DNA of 64,000 nt from Polyangiales bacterium (GCA_964202905.1 CAXNJO010000012.1:1-64000); one strand, 5' to 3'. Positions 34,975-44,777 are shown, numbered from the stretch's first letter. Numbers and translations: made by a program. The notes: a model not told the origin generated them from the sequence alone.

Positions 34975-35706
34975 ATGCACCCACGCACCGCACGCCACCG
35001 CCTCGTCCCGCGCGCCCTCGCCGGCGCCTCGCTCGCCTGCGCCGCGCTCGCCGCCTCCGCGGCCTGCGACGCGGGCACCGCCCCGACCTCGCTCATGCTC
35101 TCGCTCCGCGGCGGGCTCCCCGCGGACGGCGCGCTCGTCGCCGACGACGGCGCCACGCTGCGCATCGGCACCGCGCGCCTGACCATCCTCGCCGCCGAGC
35201 TCGAGGCGTGCCCGACGAGCCCCACGGCCGCGTGGCGTGCGCTCTGGCTGCCGGGCGTCGCGCGCGCGCACTCGGACGGCAGCGCGACGCGCCTCGGCGA
35301 GCCACACGTGGTCGATCTCCGCGCGGCGACGGCCACCGAGCTCGGCGAACTCAGCCCGCCCGCGGGCCGCTACTGCGGCATGCGCCTCACGCTCGGCCCC
35401 GCCGACGCCGACGCGGTCGGCCTGCCCTCGCCCGACTTCGCGGGAACGACCTTCGCGCTCGCGGGCGAGGTCGATCTCCCGACGGCCCACGCCGTCTCGG
35501 GTCGCTCGACGGGCAACCTCACGACGACCGCCGCGCTCACACCCGCGCTCGACCTCGCCGCGGGCGACGACGTGCGCGTCGAGCTCTCCGTCGGCGACGC
35601 GGACGCGCTCGTCGATGCCGCGATCGGCGGTCTCGCGGACGACGCGCTCGCCGGCGCGCTCCTGCTCGGCGCGCAGCGCACGATCACGGCGACCGTCTCG
35701 CGCTGA
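34975..35706 (+). CDS. Putative lipoprotein of unknown function
   Basis: Signal peptide ending SAAC; ARAH motif; GRYC; follows the DAC gene on the same strand. Confidence 0.65.
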   Translation: MHPRTARHRLVPRALAGASLACAALAASAACDAGTAPTSLMLSLRGGLPADGALVADDGATLRIGTARLTILAAELEACPTSPTAAWRALWLPGVARAHSDGSATRLGEPHVVDLRAATATELGELSPPAGRYCGMRLTLGPADADAVGLPSPDFAGTTFALAGEVDLPTAHAVSGRSTGNLTTTAALTPALDLAAGDDVRVELSVGDADALVDAAIGGLADDALAGALLLGAQRTITATVSR

Positions 35707-35728
35707 GCTCGGCCCGCGCCGCTCGCAT

Positions 35729-35749
35729 TGCAGCGGTGTTACCGCTGCA
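35729..35749. terminator. Hairpin between convergent genes
   Basis: TGCAGCGGT-GTT-ACCGCTGCA, 9-bp perfect stem directly after the kup stop; no U-tract. Confidence 0.5.
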
Positions 35750-37693
35750 TCAGAGCTGCACCTGCATGCCGATCTCGACGACGCGGTCGGGCGGGATCTG
35801 GAAGAAGGTGGTCGCGGGCCGCGCGTTCCGGCTGAGGAAGGCGAAGAGCACCTTGCGCCACTTCATCATCGCGGAGTCGCCGTCGGTGAGCAGCGTCTCG
35901 CGGCCGAGGTAGAAGGTCGTCTCCGTCTCGTCGTCGCAGGGGACGCCCGCCTTCTTCGCGCGGAGCAGGATCTCCTTCACGCGCGGCGACTGCATGAAGC
36001 CGTAGCGCGCGAGCACGTGGTGCACGCCCTCGCCGAGCTTCGTGACGACGACGCGCTTGTCGCCCGGCACCGAGGGCTCGTGCTCGAACTGGATGCTCAG
36101 GAGGATGACGTTCTCGTGGAGCACCTTGTTGTGCCGGACGTGGTGCGTGAGCACCCAGGGCGCGCCCTTGGGGCTCTGCGTCATGAAGACGGCCGTGCCC
36201 TCGACGCGGTGGACCTTGCGGTGCGCGATCTCGGCGAGGAAGTCGTCCGTGTCGACGACCTGTCGCTTGATGAACTCGTAGAGCGCCGCGCGGCCGCGCT
36301 TCCACGTCGTCATCACGCTGAAGACCACGGCGCCGAGCGCGAGCGGGAACCAGCCGCCCGCGGCGATCTTCACGACGTTCGCGAGGAAGAAGCTCAGGTC
36401 GAACGACAGGAAGAGGATGAGGAGCGGCAGCGTGCGCGCCGTGCCCCAGCGCTGGCGCATCACGGCGAAGAAGAGGATCGAGGTGATCGTCATCGCGCCC
36501 GTGACGGCGATGCCGTAGGCCGCGGCGAGGCGCGTGGAGCTGCCGAAGCCGAGCACCAGCGCGATGCACGAGACCATCAGCAGCCAGTTGATCTCGGGCA
36601 CGTAGATCTGGCCCTCGGCGTCGTCGGCCGTGTGCACGATCGTCACGCGCGGCGAGTAGCCGAGCTGCACGGCCTGGCTCGCGAGCGAGAAGGAGCCCGA
36701 GATGAGCGCCTGCGACGCGACGATGGTGGCGATGGTCGCGATGGCGACGAGCGGGTAGCGCAGCCAGCCCTCGACGAGGCCGAAGAAGGGGCTCGCCGCC
36801 GCGCTCTGGCCCTTCGCCAGCAGGAACGCGCCCTGCCCGAAGTAGTTGAGCAGCAGCGCGGGATACACGAGCGCGAACCACGCGAGGCGGATCGGCCCCT
36901 TGCCGAAGTGGCCCATGTCCGCGTAGAGCGCCTCGCCGCCGGTGATGCAGAGCACGACCGAGCCGAGCACGAAGAAGCCATGCAGTTTGTGCGCGACGAA
37001 GAACTGCGCGCCGTGGAACGGATTCATCGCCGCGAGTACACCGGGCTCGCGAAGGAGCCAGGGCAGACCAATCGCGCCGATCGTGAGGAACCAGAGCACG
37101 GTCGCTGGGCCGAACAACCTGCCGATCGAGCGCGTTCCGCGGCGCTGCACGGCAAAGAGCGCCACCAGGATGAGGATGGTCGCCGGCACGACGAAGGGCT
37201 TCAGCAGGCCGGGGTTCTCAGGCGTGATGACCTCGAGGCCCTCCATCGCGGAGAGCACGGAGATCGCAGGCGTGATGATGCCGTCGCCGAAGAGCAGCGC
37301 TGCGCCGACGAGCCCGAGCATCAGCAGTACGAGCGCGCCTCCGCGCAGCTGCTTGCCGATCTTCCCATCCGGATCGCGCGTGCGGAGAAAGAGCGCGAGC
37401 AGCGCGAGGATGCCGCCCTCGCCCTCGTTGTCGGCGCGGAGGATGAAGCCGAGGTACTTGACCATCACGGCTGCGGCGAGCGACCAGAACACGAGCGAGA
37501 GCACGCCGAGCACGTTCGCCTCGGTCACCGGCACGCCGTGGCTCGCGGCGGGGTGCAGCGGGTCGAAGGCGAAGCACTCCTTGATCGCGTAGAGCGGCGA
37601 GGTTCCGATGTCGCCGTAGACGACGCCGACGGCGCCGAGCGCAGCCCCGACGAGCGCGCGTCCCTTGAGCGGTTCCCCGTGTGCAGCGGTCAT
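35750..37693 (-). CDS. kup: KUP/HAK/KT potassium transporter Kup
   Basis: GVVYGDIGTSPLYA, ADNEGEGG, GDGIITPAISVLSA, EALYADMGHFG, GQIYVP, AAYGIAV; start ATG 37693. Confidence 0.96.
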   Translation of the reverse strand: MTAAHGEPLKGRALVGAALGAVGVVYGDIGTSPLYAIKECFAFDPLHPAASHGVPVTEANVLGVLSLVFWSLAAAVMVKYLGFILRADNEGEGGILALLALFLRTRDPDGKIGKQLRGGALVLLMLGLVGAALLFGDGIITPAISVLSAMEGLEVITPENPGLLKPFVVPATILILVALFAVQRRGTRSIGRLFGPATVLWFLTIGAIGLPWLLREPGVLAAMNPFHGAQFFVAHKLHGFFVLGSVVLCITGGEALYADMGHFGKGPIRLAWFALVYPALLLNYFGQGAFLLAKGQSAAASPFFGLVEGWLRYPLVAIATIATIVASQALISGSFSLASQAVQLGYSPRVTIVHTADDAEGQIYVPEINWLLMVSCIALVLGFGSSTRLAAAYGIAVTGAMTITSILFFAVMRQRWGTARTLPLLILFLSFDLSFFLANVVKIAAGGWFPLALGAVVFSVMTTWKRGRAALYEFIKRQVVDTDDFLAEIAHRKVHRVEGTAVFMTQSPKGAPWVLTHHVRHNKVLHENVILLSIQFEHEPSVPGDKRVVVTKLGEGVHHVLARYGFMQSPRVKEILLRAKKAGVPCDDETETTFYLGRETLLTDGDSAMMKWRKVLFAFLSRNARPATTFFQIPPDRVVEIGMQVQL

Positions 37694-37751
37694 GGCGCGC
37701 GACGCTACACCCGCGCGCACGCGATGCAACTCGGCGCGGCGCGCCTCAGAA

Positions 37752-39623
37752 CTAATCGGCTGGCTGGAAGGTGAGACACGTGCCCATCGAGCACGTGTAT
37801 CCGAGCGCGCAGCTCCTACCGCCGATGCAATCCCCGCGCATGCACGTGCCGCCGCAGACCGGCGCGACGCAGCGCAAGCTATCGGCGAGGGAGCCGTCGG
37901 CGGGACACTTGTCGGAGGTGCCGCTGCACGCCTCGACGACGTCGCAGCCGTCCGCGGCAGCGGGCCGGCACACGGTTCCGGCCGGTAGACGCGCGTTCGC
38001 CGTCGGGCATGCAGAGCTCGTCCCGGTGCAGAGTTCCGGCGCATCGCACGGATACATCCCCGCCGGGCGGCACACGGTCCCCGCCGGCCGGAACTCATCG
38101 AAGGGGCAGCCCCTGTTGACGCCGTCGCAGGTCTCGTCGTCATCGCAGTCGCCAGCGACCGCCCGGCAGATCGTCCCGGCCAAGGCGACCCTGTCCGCGG
38201 GGCATTCGGGCGTGGCCCCCGTGCAAGACTCGGCGCGATCGCAGGGGCCGCTCTCCGCGCGACACTCGGTGTCGGACGGGACGAAGGCGTCGGGCGGACA
38301 CGTGAAGGCCGTGCCGTCGCACACCTCCGCGACGTCGCACACGCCCTGCGCTGCGCGACACTCGGCGCCGGCCTCGCGCAGCCCCACAGACACGCACGTC
38401 GGCACGCCGCCCGGGCAGGAGACGCGTCCGACGGCGCAGAGCGCATCGGGCACCGCGCACGCCGCCCCGGGGATGCACCCGCTCAGGCACGTCGCGGACG
38501 AGCCGGCGCAATAGCCACCCGAGCACGCGGCACCGACCGAGACGAACGCGTCCGCGGGGCAGAGCGCGCTCGCGCCCGTGCACGTCTCGGGGAGATCGCA
38601 GCCGCTCGGGACGGTGGGACGACACGGCGTCCCGCCCGCGCGCACGAATGTGTCGACGGGGCACGCCGCGCTGCGCCCGGTGCACGACTCCGCGAGATCG
38701 CACGATTCCGCGGCGGCGCGGCACACGACGCCCGATTCGACGACCATGTCCGCCGGGCAGCCGACACCGGCGCCATCACAGCTTTCCGGGCGATCGCACT
38801 CCCCCGCGGCCCCGCGACACACCACCGAGGTCGCCGCCGCCTCGTCGCGCGGGCACATCGCCGACGTCCCGTCGCACGCCTCGGCGAAGTCGCACACACC
38901 GCGCGGCTCGCGGCAGACCGTGCCCGCAGAGAGGCGCGTCTCGCCGGGCCGACACTCGAGGTTGCCCGCCTCGCAGCGCAGCACGCCCTCGACGCAATAG
39001 CCCTCGCCGAGCTCGCAGCGCGTGAGCGGGTCGGCCGTGCACCCGGACGCGTCGATCGCCGCGTCCGGGGGCCGCGCGCTGCCATCCTCGCCCGCATCGG
39101 AGACATCCGTGCCGAGGTCCACGCCCGGCCCCGCGTCGAACGCGCCGATCGTGCCCGTGAAGGACGGCAGCGTCGCGGGATCGACGAGCTCGTCGGCGCA
39201 CGCGCCCTCGCGACACGTCGTGCCCGTCTCGCACGTCACGCCCACACAGGCGCCCCGCAGCACCACGCGCAAGAGCACGCGACGCCCCTCGACGAAGCGC
39301 GTGCGCACGCGCGTCGCGACGAACTCCGTGGACGCACGCAGGCCCGCGACGCGCACGGTGAGCGGCCCGGCGCCCGCGCTGCCCGGACGCAAGCCGAGCG
39401 TGAGCGGCAGACGCGTGGCGTCCCCGCCCACGAGCGAGGCGACCGCGCGCTGCCCGCGGGCGGCGGCGCCTTCGACCTCGACGACGACCTCGTCGAGCTG
39501 CGTCGGCACCGCGAGATCGCTCTCGACGACGACGACGACCTCCGTCAGGTCGGCGGCGCAGCCCGCGACGAAGACCACGATCGCCCCCCACAGCGCGGAT
39601 TGCGCGCTTGCACGCTTCAGCAT
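37752..39623 (-). CDS. Lipoprotein with nine disintegrin-like Cys repeats
   Basis: Lipobox VAGC; repeats CRxxxGxCDxxExCxGxxxxCPxD. Confidence 0.8.
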   Translation of the reverse strand: MLKRASAQSALWGAIVVFVAGCAADLTEVVVVVESDLAVPTQLDEVVVEVEGAAARGQRAVASLVGGDATRLPLTLGLRPGSAGAGPLTVRVAGLRASTEFVATRVRTRFVEGRRVLLRVVLRGACVGVTCETGTTCREGACADELVDPATLPSFTGTIGAFDAGPGVDLGTDVSDAGEDGSARPPDAAIDASGCTADPLTRCELGEGYCVEGVLRCEAGNLECRPGETRLSAGTVCREPRGVCDFAEACDGTSAMCPRDEAAATSVVCRGAAGECDRPESCDGAGVGCPADMVVESGVVCRAAAESCDLAESCTGRSAACPVDTFVRAGGTPCRPTVPSGCDLPETCTGASALCPADAFVSVGAACSGGYCAGSSATCLSGCIPGAACAVPDALCAVGRVSCPGGVPTCVSVGLREAGAECRAAQGVCDVAEVCDGTAFTCPPDAFVPSDTECRAESGPCDRAESCTGATPECPADRVALAGTICRAVAGDCDDDETCDGVNRGCPFDEFRPAGTVCRPAGMYPCDAPELCTGTSSACPTANARLPAGTVCRPAAADGCDVVEACSGTSDKCPADGSLADSLRCVAPVCGGTCMRGDCIGGRSCALGYTCSMGTCLTFQPAD

Positions 39624-39732
39624 GCACGGAGGCGTATCACGAACGCGCGCAATGGTCTTCCGTGCGCGGGGGCGCGCATCACGGCGAACGGTGTGTTGAC
39701 CGAGTGACGCACCGGATGGACGCCGTCGGACC

Positions 39733-40324
39733 ATGAACCTTTCCTTGTCCACCGCGGCCCCGGTCCTCTTCGCACTGCTCTTTTCCGGTGGCGCCCTCGT
39801 GGGCTGTGGGAGCGACGCTGCGCCGCCGCTGCCGCCGCCGACCGCCACGTGCGCCGGGCCCACGTGCCTCTGCGGCGCCGGCAACCTCTGCAGCTGCACG
39901 CGCGACGGCGACTGCAACGTGCAGTGCGGCAGCGCCGGCTGCGCGCTCGCCTGCGACGAGACCTCGAAGTGCATGGCGACGGGCACCGGCCCCGTCGTCG
40001 ATCACGTGCACGGACAGCGCCGACTGCAAGGGCCAGGGCGGCGATGACAGCGCCGTGACCTGCCGCGAGATGTCCGACTGCGATCTGAAGGCGGGCGACG
40101 ACTCCACCGCCCTCTGCGACGGCACCTCGAAGTGCAAGATCAACATCGGCCTGCGCGGCGACGTGCAGTGTCTCGAGATGGCGGACTGCGACATCAAGTG
40201 CGACGGCGACTGCACGGTCGTCTGCGCGACGACGGCAACTTGCATGGTGAACTGCGGCGCCGGCGACGCGGGGATCGCCGCGGAGACCTGCCCCGACGGA
40301 CGCATCGTCTGCGGCGGTTGCTGA
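39733..40324 (+). CDS. Small Cys-rich lipoprotein (frameshift near 39995)
   Basis: Lipobox LVGC; periodic CxxxxxC repeats continue across two frames. Confidence 0.65.
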
Positions 40325-40455
40325 CGCGCGCACGCCGCGGGCCGCAGAAGCGCCGACACGCGCCCTTCCCCGCGCCGTGATTCTCGGCTATTTCCGCCTC
40401 CATCGACCAGCCACGCCCCCAGCGCGGGATCGCGCCCGAAGCCCTCGTCGCGCAG

Positions 40456-41561
40456 GTGCGCAGCACGATGCCGTACCTGTTCGATGACGACGCCGGTGCG
40501 CTCGCGGCGCTGCCACCCGCGCGCGTCGTGCTCGGCTTCGCGCCGGGGCGCGCGCTCTCGCACGCGGAGTACTTCGCGCTCGCGCTCTCCTGTCATCTGC
40601 TCACGTGCGCGACGCCGGTGCCGACCGATGTCGACAACGCGATCCGCCTGAAGCTCTGGCCCGAAGGGCTGCCGCTCGCGACAGCGCTCGAGATGGGCGC
40701 GCTCGTTCGTCGCGTGCCACGACTGGGACTTCACGCCGCTCAGCGCGCGCGTCTGCATGGGCGCACCGGGCAGCGCATGGGCCGACGCGCCGCTGCACGG
40801 CCACTTCGGTGAGTGGTTCACCGTGGCGTGCGCCGCCTACGCCGCGCTGGGCCGCTACCGCGCGGCCGAGGCGAAGTCCCTCCGCGCGCAGCTCTTCGCG
40901 GCGATCGTCGCGGAGTGCGAGCGGCACGCGCAGATCTTCGCGTCGCTCTGGCGCGCGAAGGACGGCGTCGGCGCGCTCCGGGCGGCCGCGACGATCGCCC
41001 ACAACGTCGGCGACCTCGACCGCGTGATGGAGATGTGGTCGCTGCCCGTCGCGGACCCGCTGCGGCTGCGCTGCGGCGGGCTCACGACGCGGCCCTTCGA
41101 CGCCTCGGGCGCGCTCCGGCACGACGGCAGGCTCTGGACGGCGGGCGAGCTCTACAAGTCGACGATCGACGGCTCCTCGATGGCGCTCGAGAACCACCGG
41201 CACTTCGCGCTCCGCAAGCCGCGCGTGCTCCGCACCGCGCCCGCGCTGCGCGTGCCGCTCGGCCCGTTCTTCGACCCGTGGGGCGAGGCGGTCGCGCGCG
41301 GCGTGCCCGACGACGCGCTCCACGAGGTGATCACGGCGCTCGTCGAGGGCTGGGCGCGATTGCCGAAGACGCTCGGCTACGGCCGCGCGCTCGCCGGGAT
41401 TCTCGCGGTGCGCCCCGACGCGCGGAGCATCCCCGCGCTCGCCAGCCTGCGCGAAGGCCCCGCGCGTGAAGGCGCTGCTCAAGGAGCCGCGCGCCGACCT
41501 CGAGGCGCGCTGGTCCGCGAGCGCGCTCGCCCTGCTCGACGAGATCCCCTCGCGGGCGTGA
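40456..41561 (+). CDS. Hypothetical protein (at least two frameshifts; start uncertain)
   Basis: Coding-like segments PTDVDNAIRLKLW, GHFGEWF, IAHNVGDLDR, ENHRHFALRKPR; reconstructed end LLDEIPSRA-stop 41561. Confidence 0.6.
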
Positions 41562-41594
41562 TGGGGGAAACACGCCGCCGCGGCGGCGCATGCC

Positions 41595-42347
41595 TCAGCC
41601 GCGCGCGCGGAAGTCGAGCGCCGCGATGTCCGCGGCGACGAGCGCAGCCGACGCGCATGGCAGCACTGCATCCCGGGCCGACGCACCGTCGCCGACCACG
41701 ATCCACACGGCGTGCGGCAACGAGCGCACGTCCGTGGAGATCCACTCACCGAGCCGGATCGGCGCCTCGCGCGGGATGTCCGAGCGCGCGCGCAGCCACG
41801 TGCGCAGCTGCGCATCGAGCGCGGGATCGAGCGGGCGCGTGCAGGGGACACGACATGGTGCACGCGTGCGACCGGGGACGCCGACGAGCACCCCGTCGCG
41901 GAGCGCATGCTCGAGCCGGGGACGAGACGCCGACGTGGACGGTGTGACGCCAGCGCGACTCGGACCCGCAGAGACGGGCGACGACGCGCCCGCCTCGTGC
42001 ACGGCGCCCTCGTGAGGCCGGGGCGCCGGGGCGCCTCGCGCAGGCGCTGCGACGCGACCGGACGCGCCATGGACATGCGCGGCCCCGACGGCGAGCGCGG
42101 CGCGGACATCGTCGTCGCTCACCTCGAGGACCGCTTTGTGAATTTTGTACTGTTTCGGAGCTTCTCCAGATCGGAGCACCGCGACCACCGTCTCGAGCGG
42201 CGGGCAGCCCGGCTCGGTGCAGCGCAGCTCGCTCACCATGACCGTGTCGTCGGGTCCGATCGCGACGAGCGCCGCGACGCTCGCCTTCAGCGCGCGGACG
42301 GCCGCGCTCCGTGCCGCATCTCCGCCCGCGCCCCCACGGAGGCTCAC
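41595..42347 (-). CDS. Small CxxPGCPP putative metal-binding protein followed in frame by a second degenerate copy (may be two genes)
   Basis: GTG overlaps the WD40 stop; VSELRCTEPGCPPLETVVAV...YKIHK; HVHG. Confidence 0.55.
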   Translation of the reverse strand: MSLRGGAGGDAARSAAVRALKASVAALVAIGPDDTVMVSELRCTEPGCPPLETVVAVLRSGEAPKQYKIHKAVLEVSDDDVRAALAVGAAHVHGASGRVAAPARGAPAPRPHEGAVHEAGASSPVSAGPSRAGVTPSTSASRPRLEHALRDGVLVGVPGRTRAPCRVPCTRPLDPALDAQLRTWLRARSDIPREAPIRLGEWISTDVRSLPHAVWIVVGDGASARDAVLPCASAALVAADIAALDFRARG

Positions 42348-43384
42348 GGCGCCTTCCACAGCGCGACGTTGCCCGCGGCGTCGCCCGCGAAGACGGCACG
42401 CTGCCGCGGATGCCAGCCGAGCGCGGTGATCTCGTCGTCGAGGAACGCGTAGCGGACGGGCCGCCTGCCGCGCCGGGGCTCCCAGAGCAGGACCGAGGTA
42501 TCCTGCGCGCCGCTCGCGAGCATGCCGCTCCGTGGCGCGAACGCGAGTCGCGTGCAGAGCGCCTTGTGGCCCTCGAGCTGGATGGGCCGCGTCCCCTCGG
42601 GACCCTTGCCGCGGAAGTCCCAGAGCGTGACGTCGGCGTCGCCCGATGTCGCGAGCAGCCGCGCCTCGTCGTCCCACGCGAGCGCGCGCGGCTTGAACGC
42701 ATAGCCGCTCATCTGCGAGTCCTTGCCGGTCGACAGACGCCAGAAGTGAACCGCGCAGTCCTGACTCGCGCAGGCGACGACTTTGTCGTCGGGGCTGAGC
42801 GCGAGGGAGATGAGCGAGCCCTTCCAGGCGAACGTGCGCTCGCGCGCGCCGGCCACCATGGGGAAGAGCGTCACGCCGCCGTAGCAGGACGCGAGCACAC
42901 CGCTGCCGTCGCTGCGCCAGGCGAGCCCGGTGACGCTGCTCGCGAGCGGCTCCGACTCGAAGCGCAGCGTGCCCTCGGCCGTCCACACGCGGACGCGACG
43001 CCCCGCGCCCGTCGCGAGCAGCCCACCGACGGGCGCCCACGCGACGTGCTCGACCCACGCGGCTCCCCCGCCGGGCAACTCCGCGAGTGGCGCGCCCGCG
43101 GTGCTCCAGAGGCGGACGCTCGGCGCGTGGCCGCAGGTCGCGAAGCGCGCACCGTCCGGCGCGATCGCGACGCCGAGGAGACCATCGGCGTGGGCCCGCA
43201 CGCGGAGACGCTCGACGCCCGTCTCACCGTCGAGCCCGATCGCGTCCCCGTTCCCGGCCCCGACGAGGCACAGCGATCCATCCGGCGTGAAGGTCGCCGC
43301 GGTCACGTAGTCGCCGACGCTCTGCCGCCAGGCGGGCGCGAGCTCGTGGTCCGCGCGCGGCGGCGCGTCGCCTACGCGAGGCAT
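42344..43384 (-). CDS. WD40-repeat beta-propeller protein
   Basis: Repeated xPDG...A(T/S)G..D..V.LW units; overlaps the CobW-C stop. Confidence 0.85.
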   Translation of the reverse strand: MPRVGDAPPRADHELAPAWRQSVGDYVTAATFTPDGSLCLVGAGNGDAIGLDGETGVERLRVRAHADGLLGVAIAPDGARFATCGHAPSVRLWSTAGAPLAELPGGGAAWVEHVAWAPVGGLLATGAGRRVRVWTAEGTLRFESEPLASSVTGLAWRSDGSGVLASCYGGVTLFPMVAGARERTFAWKGSLISLALSPDDKVVACASQDCAVHFWRLSTGKDSQMSGYAFKPRALAWDDEARLLATSGDADVTLWDFRGKGPEGTRPIQLEGHKALCTRLAFAPRSGMLASGAQDTSVLLWEPRRGRRPVRYAFLDDEITALGWHPRQRAVFAGDAAGNVALWKAP

Positions 43385-43923
43385 CGTTCAACCCCCCGGC
43401 GCAGCCCGTCGCCATCGAGGCGACGACCGATGAAGACGAGGTCGCTCGCCCGGTGCGCGTCGCCCCACGGCCGGTCCTCGCGCCCATCGAAGAGCATGTG
43501 GACGCCTTGGAACACGAAGCGGTTGTCCATGCCGCGGACGTTCAGGATCCCCTTCATGCGGAAGATGTCGTTGCCCTGCGCGCGCAGGAGCGTCGAGATC
43601 CAATCCTCGAGCCGCTTCTCGTCGATGGCGCCCTCGAGATGGATCGAGACCGAGCCCACCTCTTCGTCGTGCGTGTGCGTCGCGCGCAGCTCCGCCTCGG
43701 CGTCGGGCAGCTTCGTGACGCCCGCGCGCGTGAGCTGCATCGAAAACTCGCTCGGGAGGTGCTGCGTGTAGAGGCCCGTCCCCCACAGGGCCGCGATGCG
43801 CGCCGCGCGTCAGAGCCCCGGCTCGCGCTGCACGAGCGCGGAGACCGCGACGACGTGGTCCGCGTCGATCGCGTGGCGTAGCCCGAGTCCCACGCCGAGC
43901 CAGAGCACCGACCACCCCGTCAC
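43372..43923 (-). pseudogene. Chimeric remnant: NiCoT/UreH-like transporter N-terminus fused in frame to COG0523/CobW C-terminal domain
   Basis: Frame from GTG 43923: VTGWSVLWLGVGLGLRHAIDADHVVAVS...EPGL-stop(43810)-RAARIAALWGTG, then LYTQHLPSEF...HTHDEEV...IFRMKGIL...FQGVHM...LVFIGR; GTPase domain absent. Confidence 0.75.
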
Positions 43924-43948
43924 GACGCGCTGCCGTCCGTGCGCCGGC

Positions 43949-44395
43949 TCATGGGCGCTCGACCGTCGTCACGACGAGCACGATCCGCGCGATCCCCTCG
44001 GCCTCGATGGGCGGCGAGCGATGCACGGCGCCACGCCCGCCCGGCGCGAGCGAACCGCGCATCCCGAGCACGTCGCCCGTCGCGGGACGGCGCACGGCTG
44101 CAGCGTCTCTCACGATCTCGCGGTTCGCGTCGAAGGGGCAGTCGGGCGGGTGCTCCATCGCGGCGCGGTCGAAGAGCGCGGGATGGGCAACGTCCGCGTG
44201 GCCCTCGAAGAAGTCGCGCTCCCCGACGCGACGCGCGTCGAGCAACGCCGCGATCTCCCCGGGGATGCCGCGCTCCCAGCCGGGGAGGAGCACGCCGGGC
44301 TCGCGCACGGCGGCGAGCACGGCGGGATCGGGCCCGAGCCGATACGAGACGGACCGGGGCTTCACGGAGCGCGAGGACGTGGCGTCGATCTGCAT
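43949..44395 (-). pseudogene. DUF1826-like protein, apparently internally deleted
   Basis: N-terminal PAVLAAVREPGV..WER and C-terminal ATGDVLGMRG...AVHRSPPI..RIVL; 148 aa; the central FHxD motif I expect for the family is missing. Confidence 0.6.
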
Positions 44396-44409
44396 GGGCG
44401 CGCACCATA

Positions 44410-44426
44410 ATGCATTCGTGTTGCAA
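44410..44426. promoter_or_regulatory. Putative Fur/Zur-family operator
   Basis: ATGCATTCGTGTTGCAA in an AT-rich patch 15 nt upstream of the DUF1826-like start. Confidence 0.6.
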
Positions 44427-44506
44427 AAACAACCAAGATTCTACTAACACCGAGATGCGTGAACGGCGCACTTCCTTCGCCGTCGCGAGACGCCGGTGGA
44501 CGCTGC

Positions 44507-44701
44507 TCAGACGGCGGCGGCGCGGGCCGCGCGGACGAGGCGGAAGTGCTCGCCGAGACCGCCGGCGAGCATCATCAGCACGCCCGTCCACTCGACCACG
44601 TGGAGGTCCCCGACGACGTGCCCCAGCACCACGAGCGCAGAGCCCGACAGCGCGTCGGCCTCGTGCGAAGGGGCAACGATGGGGAGCCGGGTCCTCGACA
44701 T
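44507..44701 (-). pseudogene. Short membrane-protein remnant (possibly MerC-like)
   Basis: 64-aa ORF with two hydrophobic segments and His residues; has its own upstream palindrome. Confidence 0.35.
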
Positions 44702-44730
44702 CGGCCGAGGATGAACGGGCCACCAACCAG

Positions 44731-44747
44731 TTGCAAGTCTACTGCAA
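44731..44747. promoter_or_regulatory. Putative Fur/Zur-family operator
   Basis: TTGCAAGTCTACTGCAA. Confidence 0.65.
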
Positions 44748-44777
44748 CAGCAATGGCATCTCAGGAGGCGTGATGCG

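Noticed and set aside
43810..43812. In-frame TGA as selenocysteine readthrough
   Set aside because: The position is in a transporter loop rather than a Cys-type catalytic site, no SECIS-like hairpin was recognised, and the gene is truncated shortly after.
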